Source: a virus
Virus record (IMG/VR): IMGVR_UViG_3300021085_002380
DNA: 64,000 bases
Direction: 5' to 3' (one strand)
Shown one piece after another: positions 46,224 through 54,826 of the stretch; the first letter of the stretch is position 1, and each line of letters begins with the position of its first letter. Position numbers and translations under genes: made by a program. The notes under the pieces are model-generated. The model was not told the DNA's origin and ran no database searches. It saw only the letters and a program-made list of their open reading frames with translations.

Positions 46224-46428
46224 ACTCTTTTATTATATCGTCAACAAATACAATTGCCATATTTACTGTTTCTTGAGTAATTTCTTTTAACTCACCCATG
46301 TATATACCTTTGACGACTTCATCTTCAATCTTTTCAACATTGGCTTTACCATTTACTAAAGGCTGGTGATAGCCGTTAAGCATAATATCAATTGCAAGTT
46401 CCGTTGCTAATGTCGTTTGGTAATCCAT
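46204..46428 (-). CDS. Hypothetical protein
   Basis: AAGGAG RBS; TTGACA promoter upstream. Confidence 0.6.
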   Translation of the reverse strand: MDYQTTLATELAIDIMLNGYHQPLVNGKANVEKIEDEVVKGIYMGELKEITQETVNMAIVFVDDIIKEFGDSNG

Positions 46429-46477
46429 ATTGATTCTCCTTTAGATACATTTAATATATACCAACTTCTGTGGATTG

Positions 46478-47182
46478 TCAACTAAATGTTTTCCACTTTT
46501 CAGGAGATGATAAGGTTCTATGATAAATTCTTGTTTGAGCCTTTTTAGTAATAATCATATCGCCTGCAACGCAAAATCTGCTTTTAAGTAAATCTTCCTT
46601 AGTATTAAATGATTTTATAACTGTACTTTCCGTGTCTTTCTTTGCAAGGTTATGGCTCATATTGCTTGGAAAAATTAGCATAGAACCTTGTCCCACAGGA
46701 ATAGAAAAATTAGTACAATTCATTTCAGTCCATTCATCAACATAATGATGAAACCAACCTTGGTGTAATTCGTTTGCATGACAAGGCTTTGTATCATACA
46801 AGATAAGGTTTCTTTCTTTACCCGGTTTTATATATGGATAATAAGTAAACGATATATGGTTTTCTTCGTGGTTGTGTTTGTTGATTCCATTATCGTCAAC
46901 TACGTTAAAAAAGGTTTTGGTTACGTGAACATCAAATTTTGTTGAGTCGATACTTAATGTTTTAAAATATTCACGTACACTTGGTATTACTTTATTTTTA
47001 TAAAAACCTTCTAAGCTCGGCTCCAATTGAACCTGCTCATATCCTAAAAGATCGTGAGTTCTTCCATCATTCCCGCAATGTTTAAAATACAAATCAAACC
47101 AATTTTCTTGTTCGTCCTTAGTAACTTCGTGGATTGTATGAGTTATATTAGTTGGAAATAGTGCGAGTGGTTGGATCTTCAT
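46478..47182 (-). CDS. Putative 2OG-Fe(II) oxygenase (TIGR02466-like)
   Basis: LFPT, HNH...ISFTYY and LIFPSNMSH...R. Confidence 0.75.
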   Translation of the reverse strand: MKIQPLALFPTNITHTIHEVTKDEQENWFDLYFKHCGNDGRTHDLLGYEQVQLEPSLEGFYKNKVIPSVREYFKTLSIDSTKFDVHVTKTFFNVVDDNGINKHNHEENHISFTYYPYIKPGKERNLILYDTKPCHANELHQGWFHHYVDEWTEMNCTNFSIPVGQGSMLIFPSNMSHNLAKKDTESTVIKSFNTKEDLLKSRFCVAGDMIITKKAQTRIYHRTLSSPEKWKTFS

Positions 47183-48042
47183 GGATTGCTCATTTCTAAA
47201 TTATACTGGTCTAAACACATGTCTTCTAAAGTTTTAGTCAAATTGCATAATGTTGACGGCGTCGCCACGGCCGCTGCTTGATCACCTAATCTCCTGCCAA
47301 CGATTTCACGGTTCATACTAACACCTGTAACTTTTTCCATTGTATCAAGTACTTCATGGACTGTCCAACCGCTTTGAGAACCTAAGCATTCGTATGGAGT
47401 ATTACTAGGACCAGCTTCAACTGCTTTAACTATAGAACTGCTAAGATCACTGACGTGTATATAATCCCGAATGCAAGTACCGTCCCTAGTATCATAATCG
47501 TTACCAAAGACCTTAACATTGGGAAGCTTGCCAGCAGCCACCATAGCAGCAACACGGATAAGATGGGAAGCCACACCAAGTTGGCGGTTAACACCATCAG
47601 TACCGCTGACGTTAAAAAAGCGAAAAATAGTATACCCATCTGCTTTCTCCTTAATTACATCTTCTGCTCCTACCTTACTTCTTGCGTATGGAGAAGCCAT
47701 TTCAAACGCAGAACTTGTACTTGCGAATATAAAATTTTCTGTTCTGAGTTTTTCAACAGCGTTTTTTGTACCCATTATGTTAGTACGATAATACGCTGAT
47801 GGTTCTTTTAGTGATTGAGGAACGACGCTACGGCCTGCAAGGTGAACTACTGCGTCTCCCCAACCCATAAGCCAATGATCCATAAGATCTTGTACCCAAA
47901 ATTTATCACAGTACTTTTCCACATCATTATGTTCTTTATGAATATTTAAATCAAATCCATATACTGTGTGACCGTGTTCTTTTAACTGTTTACATACATG
48001 ACTACCAATGTATCCTGATGCGCCTGTAACCATTACCTTCAT
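47179..48042 (-). CDS. galE: UDP-glucose 4-epimerase / NAD-dependent epimerase
   Basis: TGASGYIGSH, YARSK, RFFNV and DGTCIRDYIHV. Confidence 0.9.
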   Translation of the reverse strand: MKVMVTGASGYIGSHVCKQLKEHGHTVYGFDLNIHKEHNDVEKYCDKFWVQDLMDHWLMGWGDAVVHLAGRSVVPQSLKEPSAYYRTNIMGTKNAVEKLRTENFIFASTSSAFEMASPYARSKVGAEDVIKEKADGYTIFRFFNVSGTDGVNRQLGVASHLIRVAAMVAAGKLPNVKVFGNDYDTRDGTCIRDYIHVSDLSSSIVKAVEAGPSNTPYECLGSQSGWTVHEVLDTMEKVTGVSMNREIVGRRLGDQAAAVATPSTLCNLTKTLEDMCLDQYNLEMSNP

Positions 48043-48557
48043 AGAGCTAATCGCCTAACTGCCACAACATCAGTGGCTTTAAATAATTTAATTGATACTT
48101 CATTATCTTGATTACCTCCAAGAATTCTGTAATAAACGTCTCCGCCGATTAACTTAAGGTCAATATAAAAACCAACATGACCTTCCCAAGGTTGTCCTCG
48201 TTTTAAAACGACAATGTCTCCATAATCTGGAGTATTAACTTGGTAACCTAATTCTGTAAAACTTCTTGCCATAAATGGATTTTCTGATACTGTTTCAGAA
48301 CCTGGGATACCAGACTCTCGCAACACAGCGTTAACATATGCTGCGCACCATTCAGTTTGAACAGGGTCTACTTTTAAAAACTTTCTTAACTCTGAACGCT
48401 GTTCTGTTTCCGAGTAACCTATGTATTTAGAGGCTTTCGTAATATACTCAAGGTGATCGTGGTTTGGTTCTGCATCAAGATATGAACAGCCTGCAAGACT
48501 ACCTATCAATATGCATGACTTGGGAAAACGTTTGAGGCGGTGGGCAACACCACTCAT
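48039..48557 (-). CDS. TIGR02594 / NlpC-P60-type peptidoglycan hydrolase, predicted lipoprotein
   Basis: WCAAYVN, GDIVV, GHVGF and LGGNQ; LAGC lipobox; start uncertain. Confidence 0.8.
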   Translation of the reverse strand: MSGVAHRLKRFPKSCILIGSLAGCSYLDAEPNHDHLEYITKASKYIGYSETEQRSELRKFLKVDPVQTEWCAAYVNAVLRESGIPGSETVSENPFMARSFTELGYQVNTPDYGDIVVLKRGQPWEGHVGFYIDLKLIGGDVYYRILGGNQDNEVSIKLFKATDVVAVRRLAL

Positions 48558-49311
48558 AAGTGAATAATTCATTAAGGTTACCAGTCCCTCCTTTGGTTTC
48601 CCACCACTGCTTAACATATCCATATGCGTGATTCGCCACATCTTTTAAATGTTGTGAATTTGGATCGTGAACTGTCGATGGAAATTTCGGTACGTTATGA
48701 TTAAATAGTGGGTGAATATAGAAAGTGCCTAATCCATATACGACATTTTCTATAGTAGGTTTATATTTTTTACTATCTTCACTCTTTAATATATACGGCA
48801 TCCTAAAATGTATTGTGTTATCATTTATAAAATAATAATCTATAATCTTTTTAGCATAATGGCGTTTAATTACATAGCACTGAAGACCATGATCATGACC
48901 ATTACGATGGCGTGGATACATTACAGCCCAGCCTTCGTGCATACAGCACAGCTGGAGACCATCCCACAATACGCCAAACTCCTTAACATAATCCTCATAA
49001 ACAAAGTTCCAATGTTGAATAGTGCTAAAGTCACAGTCATCTTCAAAGAATGCGGCTTGTTCATCGTCAGTATTTTCATACCACCATTTAATGGTTAGGA
49101 GATGAGAAGTAGTAGCACCTAATGGTAGTATATCCAAGGTGTCACGGTCGCCAACAATCTTTAAATTGCTGTCTTCGAGTCTTTTGTATTGTAGGACGGT
49201 TCCATCTAAACCGAGTCTATCAAACTCGGAATTCATATAGTCTCTGCGTTCAACACTTTCTTCAAGGTTGACAACATAACACTTTGGAAATCCTTTAAGC
49301 TTAGGATGCAT
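48499..49311 (-). CDS. GT25 glycosyltransferase
   Basis: YVVNL....RR, SHL and FFEDD. Confidence 0.85.
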   Translation of the reverse strand: MHPKLKGFPKCYVVNLEESVERRDYMNSEFDRLGLDGTVLQYKRLEDSNLKIVGDRDTLDILPLGATTSHLLTIKWWYENTDDEQAAFFEDDCDFSTIQHWNFVYEDYVKEFGVLWDGLQLCCMHEGWAVMYPRHRNGHDHGLQCYVIKRHYAKKIIDYYFINDNTIHFRMPYILKSEDSKKYKPTIENVVYGLGTFYIHPLFNHNVPKFPSTVHDPNSQHLKDVANHAYGYVKQWWETKGGTGNLNELFTYEWCCPPPQTFSQVMHIDR

Positions 49312-49514
49312 TAGAAATAATTAGTCAACATGTCAAGCTGATCTTCGTACTTAGCCATTTCTTCAAGCTGCTTTTCAATTTCTTCCATAACTTCTGAATG
49401 CTCGCCAACACCTACAGGGTTCCGTAAATAAATTTCAGCATTCATACGATGTTTTTCAATATGAGCTCGAGCATGATCTTTCAAAGCTGTTACCATTTGG
49501 TCACGTAATTCCAT
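49311..49514 (-). CDS. Hypothetical protein
   Basis: NPVGVGEH motif. Confidence 0.7.
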   Translation of the reverse strand: MELRDQMVTALKDHARAHIEKHRMNAEIYLRNPVGVGEHSEVMEEIEKQLEEMAKYEDQLDMLTNYF

Positions 49515-49523
49515 TTCTTTCTC

Positions 49524-49817
49524 CTATACAATCAGATTGGTTTTTGGTGGTGTTACAAGTCCACTTGTCATTTGACGATATGCGTCTTGTACTTGTTCGT
49601 TTGTTTCCATAATACACGAAATACCATAGAGAGTAACTTCTTTTGGGTTTGCATGGCCTGTCATAGAAATACCATTTGCAAATCCCATTCCTTGGTCGCT
49701 GACAGATACAAACCTAGGATCTTTGAGTTCCACCTTATCGTTATCTTGAGATACGAATTTACCAACATATTCGCCGTTGGTTGTTAGTACCGTAACAATA
49801 TCATTTAGTTTATACAT
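49524..49817 (-). CDS. Sm-like hypothetical protein
   Basis: DIVT..TTNGEYVGK...Y..MTSGLV. Confidence 0.65.
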   Translation of the reverse strand: MYKLNDIVTVLTTNGEYVGKFVSQDNDKVELKDPRFVSVSDQGMGFANGISMTGHANPKEVTLYGISCIMETNEQVQDAYRQMTSGLVTPPKTNLIV

Positions 49818-50005
49818 TATATTGATCTTTCAGTTAAATTAATACATAGAGCTTGTTGCCCTGATTTGAAGTAGCCGCCACCTTTACCTACATCATCACT
49901 AAGAGCTTCACGAGCATAAAAGCATTCTGTCATTGTGTCATGTTTTGTCACTAATTCAGCATATGGAATAGTGTCGTAAAAGTATATAAAGACAAGTGCC
50001 CACAT
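49817..50005 (-). CDS. Hypothetical protein
   Basis: AGGAG RBS. Confidence 0.6.
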   Translation of the reverse strand: MWALVFIYFYDTIPYAELVTKHDTMTECFYAREALSDDVGKGGGYFKSGQQALCINLTERSI

Positions 50006-50024
50006 TCGTGAACTCCTTTTAATT

Positions 50025-50101
50025 TGGTACTCCCCACAGGACTCGAACCTGTAACCAAAACGTTATGAGCGTTCTGCTCTAACCAATTGAGCTAGAAGAG
50101 T
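50025..50101 (-). tRNA. tRNA-CAU (Ile2 or elongator Met)
   Basis: Cloverleaf; CTCATAA loop; CCA end. Confidence 0.9.
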
Positions 50102-50107
50102 GTTATA

Positions 50108-50192
50108 TGGTACTCGCAACCGGACTCGAACCGGTACGCCCTAAGGCAAAAGATTTTAAGTCTTCATTGTCTACCAATTCCAACATGCGAGC
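50108..50192 (-). tRNA. tRNA-Leu(UAA)
   Basis: CTTAAAA loop; long variable arm; CCA end. Confidence 0.95.
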
Positions 50193-50194
50193 AA

Positions 50195-50272
50195 TGGTGA
50201 TCTCTGTAGGACTCGAACCTACGACCTAGTGCTTAGAAGGCACTTGCTCTAATCCAGCTGAGCTAAGAGACC
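50195..50272 (-). tRNA. tRNA-Arg(UCU)
   Basis: AGTGC-CTTCTAA-GCACT anticodon arm; CCA end. Confidence 0.95.
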
Positions 50273-50274
50273 TA

Positions 50275-50745
50275 TCACTTTGTTACATCAATAAATTGTA
50301 GCTCGTATGTTCTACCATTTTGCCTAAAGGTAACAACTGAATAGTCATAAACCTTTCGTGTGGTATCGCGGTATCGCGTTACTGTATCACACTTTCGTTC
50401 CAGGCGATAACCGGTGATAACGCGCTTGCTACCATTTTGCGCTTCGTTTGCGCCAATGATACCGCCCAGGACAGCGCCAGCGGCTGCACCTCCGTCATCA
50501 CCGGTTAGGCCTTTGCCAAGAATTCCTCCGAGGATCATTCCACCTAAAGCGCCAGCACCAGCGTCGCCGCCTTGCTGTCTGCCGTAAATTGGAGTCTCTA
50601 CATCGTAGCATTCTTTGGCCTTATACGGTTTAGAAATAACTTGATTAGCGTAATAGTCTTGTACACCAACCATTTTTGGTTTTGCATCTGCGGCTGCAGT
50701 AGTTGCGGCCAACAATAAGCTTGCTGTAATAATAAACTTAGACAT
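50275..50745 (-). CDS. Exported glycine-zipper 2TM protein
   Basis: Signal peptide; GALGGMILGGILG...GAVLGGIIG. Confidence 0.8.
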   Translation of the reverse strand: MSKFIITASLLLAATTAAADAKPKMVGVQDYYANQVISKPYKAKECYDVETPIYGRQQGGDAGAGALGGMILGGILGKGLTGDDGGAAAGAVLGGIIGANEAQNGSKRVITGYRLERKCDTVTRYRDTTRKVYDYSVVTFRQNGRTYELQFIDVTK

Positions 50746-50849
50746 TGTGTTATCCTTTATGGTTGTCTATTGCGTTCTGAAAGATTTTGTAGGGTAAAAA
50801 ACAAACCCAGCCGTATACACACCAAAAAACAATGTTAGGGAGAATTATT

Positions 50850-51086
50850 TCAATCAACATATTCACTACTAAAATCCCATTCATCAAACGGTTCTGACGA
50901 ACCATCACACTCAAAGCTGATATCTATATCTGAATTGTATTCAGACAGATATTTATTCATCGCGATCTGGCGAGACATGTCTTTAACCTCTTCACGCTCT
51001 TGTTCATCAAAGTTATCATAAAACCAATCAACAACTTTAAATTCTTTGAATTCTTCTAGATCTAAATCTTTACTAAATTTAAACAT
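50850..51086 (-). CDS. Acidic hypothetical early protein
   Basis: Coupled ORF. Confidence 0.55.
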   Translation of the reverse strand: MFKFSKDLDLEEFKEFKVVDWFYDNFDEQEREEVKDMSRQIAMNKYLSEYNSDIDISFECDGSSEPFDEWDFSSEYVD

Positions 51087-51310
51087 TATTTCATAACCTT
51101 TTTAGCATATTTGATAGTCATCAATTGTGCGTCGTTTAAACCTTTAGTTGATGCAGTTTCTGCAAGATGCTCTCCTACATCTGAAAACGCATTCAAGATT
51201 GCCAAAGGTACATTCATATTTTCGCCACTCTCAGAAAACCACATCATCTTACGGCCAAAGTTAGCAACCGTACGCTGTTGAGCAGTTTGTTCAAAAAATG
51301 TAATGTTCAT
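51086..51310 (-). CDS. Hypothetical early protein
   Basis: Follows the promoter and conserved leader. Confidence 0.65.
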   Translation of the reverse strand: MNITFFEQTAQQRTVANFGRKMMWFSESGENMNVPLAILNAFSDVGEHLAETASTKGLNDAQLMTIKYAKKVMK

Positions 51311-51340
51311 GGTGATTCCTTTTTTCCATTTGATATATAC

Positions 51341-51369
51341 AATCTATCTGATTCTCTCGAGAATGTCAA
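51341..51369 (-). promoter_or_regulatory. Early promoter with GAATCAG
   Basis: TTGACA-N17-TAGATT. Confidence 0.8.
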
Positions 51370-51769
51370 CAAATTTTTTCACAAAAACTAAACTTTTTTC
51401 TCTTGCTTCTTTTTCCCACCAACGATCTTCGTATATTGGCTTTTCGCTATCAAGTAGTTTACCAAGGTCTTCTTTCATATATTGTTTTATATGTACGATT
51501 TCATGAGCGATAGTGGTATATATTTCAGTAAGTGTACGATCTTTTATTGCAGCAATTACCATATAGTTTTTTTCATCAAGATCTATGCATAGGCCTGTTC
51601 TCCTGGCAGCTCCTGCCATGTCAGCTAAATATGCAGTTCCAACGACCTCAATACTATCAGGCTTTATGTCAAGCTCCGCGCAACATAGGTTAACAAAGTC
51701 TATTGTTAAAGCCTCTTCTAAATTTTCTACTTTAATATTCATCTTCCCAAACTTCATCATTTTCCTCAA
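51344..51769 (-). CDS. HExxH metallopeptidase-like protein
   Basis: TIAHEIVHIKQY...WEKEA. Confidence 0.75.
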   Translation of the reverse strand: MRKMMKFGKMNIKVENLEEALTIDFVNLCCAELDIKPDSIEVVGTAYLADMAGAARRTGLCIDLDEKNYMVIAAIKDRTLTEIYTTIAHEIVHIKQYMKEDLGKLLDSEKPIYEDRWWEKEAREKSLVFVKKFVDILERIR

Positions 51770-52214
51770 AGTTCATTTGGATTTCTTCATCGAGGGCAAA
51801 GTGCTCAACAAGATCTTTAGGAATTGAGTCCAACGATCTAATATCATTTGAGTCATATTCGTAATACTCATTTTTACCATTAGTAAACATACCAATAAAT
51901 TCCATACCTGATTCATAATATCTGAGCTCAGCAATACAATCTGGGTTAGTTTCCAAGAAGGTTTGAAACGCTTCTACAGGAGGACTCCACGCACTGTCCA
52001 CAGTACCTGAAATTACGGCAATATCTTTTTCTTCTTCTATAGATAAGTTTTCAGGATCTACATCCCATTTAGTACCCCAACTTTCGATGGCATCTTTATT
52101 CGATGGTGACATAACACACAAAAGACCACCTGCATCCATGATTTCATTATATAAGTTATTAACCTTTTCTTTAGGTCCACTAATAAGAACATCGTTCATA
52201 CACCAGTTAGGCAT
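51732..52214 (-). CDS. DUF1281/YubB ferredoxin-like protein
   Basis: MPNWC.N, WGTKWD, SAWSPP and YYESG. Confidence 0.75.
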   Translation of the reverse strand: MPNWCMNDVLISGPKEKVNNLYNEIMDAGGLLCVMSPSNKDAIESWGTKWDVDPENLSIEEEKDIAVISGTVDSAWSPPVEAFQTFLETNPDCIAELRYYESGMEFIGMFTNGKNEYYEYDSNDIRSLDSIPKDLVEHFALDEEIQMNFEENDEVWEDEY

Positions 52215-52303
52215 TTATTTCTCCTTTAAAAAAAATGTTTCGTACACAGCTGTAACAGCTACCAATGTAATAAAGAAAACACTACATCCAACAAAAGCTC
52301 CCA

Positions 52304-52510
52304 TTACGCAGCCTCCTTATAATATTCATCAAAAGTTCCATGCAGCCGTAGTTTTACGTTACGAATATGGCTACACGCTTTACGCGGTTTCTTTTTGCAC
52401 GAACAACTAAAACCTTCGTCATGCATTTTTACTATACCTTTAGCATATTGCCATTCTGTACCAACAGCCCAATGGCCTTGCGTTTTTACTAACGAAGTAG
52501 AAAATATCAT
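52304..52510 (-). CDS. SWIM-type Zn finger protein
   Basis: CSC......CSH. Confidence 0.7.
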   Translation of the reverse strand: MIFSTSLVKTQGHWAVGTEWQYAKGIVKMHDEGFSCSCKKKPRKACSHIRNVKLRLHGTFDEYYKEAA

Positions 52511-52680
52511 ACAGCTTGCGCCTCGATAATTTGAGCCATTTCAAGACGCTCAGCGCGATCTTCATAATCTTCAGCAATCATAATAATTTCTTCAAGGAGT
52601 TCCTGCCGAGATTTGCCAAAGTTATCGGCACGGCGAGATAAACTACGAAGACGTTCGGCAATTGTAATAAGTTCAATCAT
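52507..52680 (-). CDS. Hypothetical early protein (57 aa)
   Basis: Hand-translated MIELITIAERL...; AAGGA RBS. Confidence 0.6.
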   Translation of the reverse strand: MIELITIAERLRSLSRRADNFGKSRQELLEEIIMIAEDYEDRAERLEMAQIIEAQAV

Positions 52681-52706
52681 GTACAGTTCCTTCCATTTAT
52701 AGAACT

Positions 52707-52735
52707 ATACTATCTGATTCGCGATATAATGTCAA
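52707..52735 (-). promoter_or_regulatory. Early promoter with GAATCAG
   Basis: TTGACA-N17-TAGTAT. Confidence 0.8.
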
Positions 52736-52738
52736 TAG

Positions 52739-53149
52739 TTATTTAGATAATTCACTGAAAAATATGTCTGACATAACTGCTTCTAATTCGTATGCTTCTT
52801 TTTCCCACGGTAAAGAATAGTAGTCTCCGTCGTATGGTTTACCGTTCCAACGCGATCGCCTGTTACCTATCCCAGAAACAAGCTCACCGTTTATATATTG
52901 TTTTGCGTGGACAAACTCGTGAAACAGAGTCATGATTACCATTTTCTTATTAAGCTTTGGATTGACAAATAATGTTATACCATCTTCGTCATCGTAGTCG
53001 CAATAGCCGGCACAGTCGTTATCAAATTCTCCACCAAAATCTATTTCTACAGACTCGTCTATTTCAAGGAAGTCTGATGCAAACAGTACAGCCTTATCCA
53101 TAAGATCATCGGATATTTTGTTTGGCTTTCCATAACTAACATAATACAT
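52739..53149 (-). CDS. HExxH metallopeptidase-like protein
   Basis: TLFHEFVHAKQY...PWEKEAY. Confidence 0.8.
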   Translation of the reverse strand: MYYVSYGKPNKISDDLMDKAVLFASDFLEIDESVEIDFGGEFDNDCAGYCDYDDEDGITLFVNPKLNKKMVIMTLFHEFVHAKQYINGELVSGIGNRRSRWNGKPYDGDYYSLPWEKEAYELEAVMSDIFFSELSK

Positions 53150-54498
53150 TATGATTCCAACTCGTCAAGATCTGTTGTGAATTGTTTTGCTGGTGTTGTC
53201 TTAGACCAGAACTTAAGATCCTTTTCAGCCTCTTTGATTTCTTTCTCCAATGCCTTTACCATTTCCTGTGTAAGGCTTAGTATATTAATACGGAGACAAC
53301 GGTCAACATCATCGTAGTTACGCTGTGCATCCGTTTCAATGTAAATCTGCTCTGATACATCAGCTTTCTTTTTGTCTTTAAACTCAATACGATTATCAAG
53401 TACTGCTTGAATGAATTGCATTTTAACATTCAGCCAACGCATTTCCTCTTCAGCTTCTTTCTTGCGCAAATCAATACGCTGCTGAAGAACACCCATACGG
53501 AATTCGCAAAAGTCTTTAATAAGATGACGTTCGTCTTTATATTCGCGCAGCTTTCCGTCAAATCCAATTACTGTTAAGTTTTCAGTTAATGGCTTTGATA
53601 GTTTAAATTTTGAAATAACTTTTGCGTTAGTCCATGTTGATGAAGTGTTTTGTTTTAGTTTAACTTCAAATTTAAAACCGGATTTATCGCAAAGATCTTC
53701 GTAGGAAACGATATCTCCGTCTTCTTCTAGCTTGTCGAGTACTTTAACATAGCCTTCTCTGTCAAAGCCATACGGTACTTCAGTTATTTCTAATACTGTT
53801 TTACTCTTCTTTTCAAAACAACCAAGAACTGTGTATTTATCCTCAGTTTTGTCATAGTTTACGGTACCTTTGAAGTCCGGAAAGGACACTGGAAGCCTTT
53901 TCGATATATTACCATACGTCACATATTCGCGACAGGCACGAGAAAGTGCGTCAGCGCTTCGAGGTAGTATGTTTGTAGCAAAACCAGTTGCAATACCTTT
54001 AGTTCCATTGGTCAACACGAGTGGAATAACTGGAATATAAAACGCAGGTGGCTCGTGTTCAGGATCGCTGTGCTGTGGAGCTAGATCTAAATCACGGATA
54101 TACTTTTTGAAATTTTGATGTAAACGAGTGTAAACATATCGAGCTGCACCGGGCTCTTGAACTAACCGAGTACCAAACGATCCTCGACCTTCAACTAAGC
54201 AAACGTTATTGTTCCACTCTGCGGCCATAAGTTGACCTGCGCCAGCTGCGCTTGCCTCGCCGTGGTTATAACCATAATCTGATATAATACCAGCAACCGC
54301 TGATACCTTTTTGAAATCGTTTTTAGAATTTAGGATTGATGAATATAAGTAAAAGCGCTGAACTGGTTTCAATCCGTCAATCATATTTGGAATTGCTCGT
54401 GATTCAACCGTGTACATCGCAAACGATAACCATTCGTTCCTGGCAACTTTTGATATTGGATATTCATTAGCTTCAGTTGTGAAATCTAAAAGGCTCAT
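53149..54498 (-). CDS. gp52: Type II topoisomerase medium subunit gp52
   Basis: RAIP.MIDGLKPVQR, YNHGE, AARY (catalytic Tyr) and GIATGF. Confidence 0.97.
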   Translation of the reverse strand: MSLLDFTTEANEYPISKVARNEWLSFAMYTVESRAIPNMIDGLKPVQRFYLYSSILNSKNDFKKVSAVAGIISDYGYNHGEASAAGAGQLMAAEWNNNVCLVEGRGSFGTRLVQEPGAARYVYTRLHQNFKKYIRDLDLAPQHSDPEHEPPAFYIPVIPLVLTNGTKGIATGFATNILPRSADALSRACREYVTYGNISKRLPVSFPDFKGTVNYDKTEDKYTVLGCFEKKSKTVLEITEVPYGFDREGYVKVLDKLEEDGDIVSYEDLCDKSGFKFEVKLKQNTSSTWTNAKVISKFKLSKPLTENLTVIGFDGKLREYKDERHLIKDFCEFRMGVLQQRIDLRKKEAEEEMRWLNVKMQFIQAVLDNRIEFKDKKKADVSEQIYIETDAQRNYDDVDRCLRINILSLTQEMVKALEKEIKEAEKDLKFWSKTTPAKQFTTDLDELES

Positions 54499-54826
54499 TT
54501 AAAATACGTCCCGTCTGTGTAGTGTGTACCGCTGTTTTGAGTTGCCCACCATAGGCAGTTTAATCTATTATATCTAGAGTACCAAGCACCTTTATTAGTT
54601 ACTCCCATTTCAGCTCCTCTGATTCTCAATTCACGATACCACAATATTAAATTAATGATTCTATCCATTCTACAATATTAATCTCCATATGTCAACCGAT
54701 AATTGCAATACACTTTCCATCCTTCCCACAAGCTATATGATATAACTGGGCCGATGTATGGAAAGAATAAAAAATTTAGTATTAACCACGCACAAAAGAT
54801 TGCAGCTAACATATCATACCATTGTA

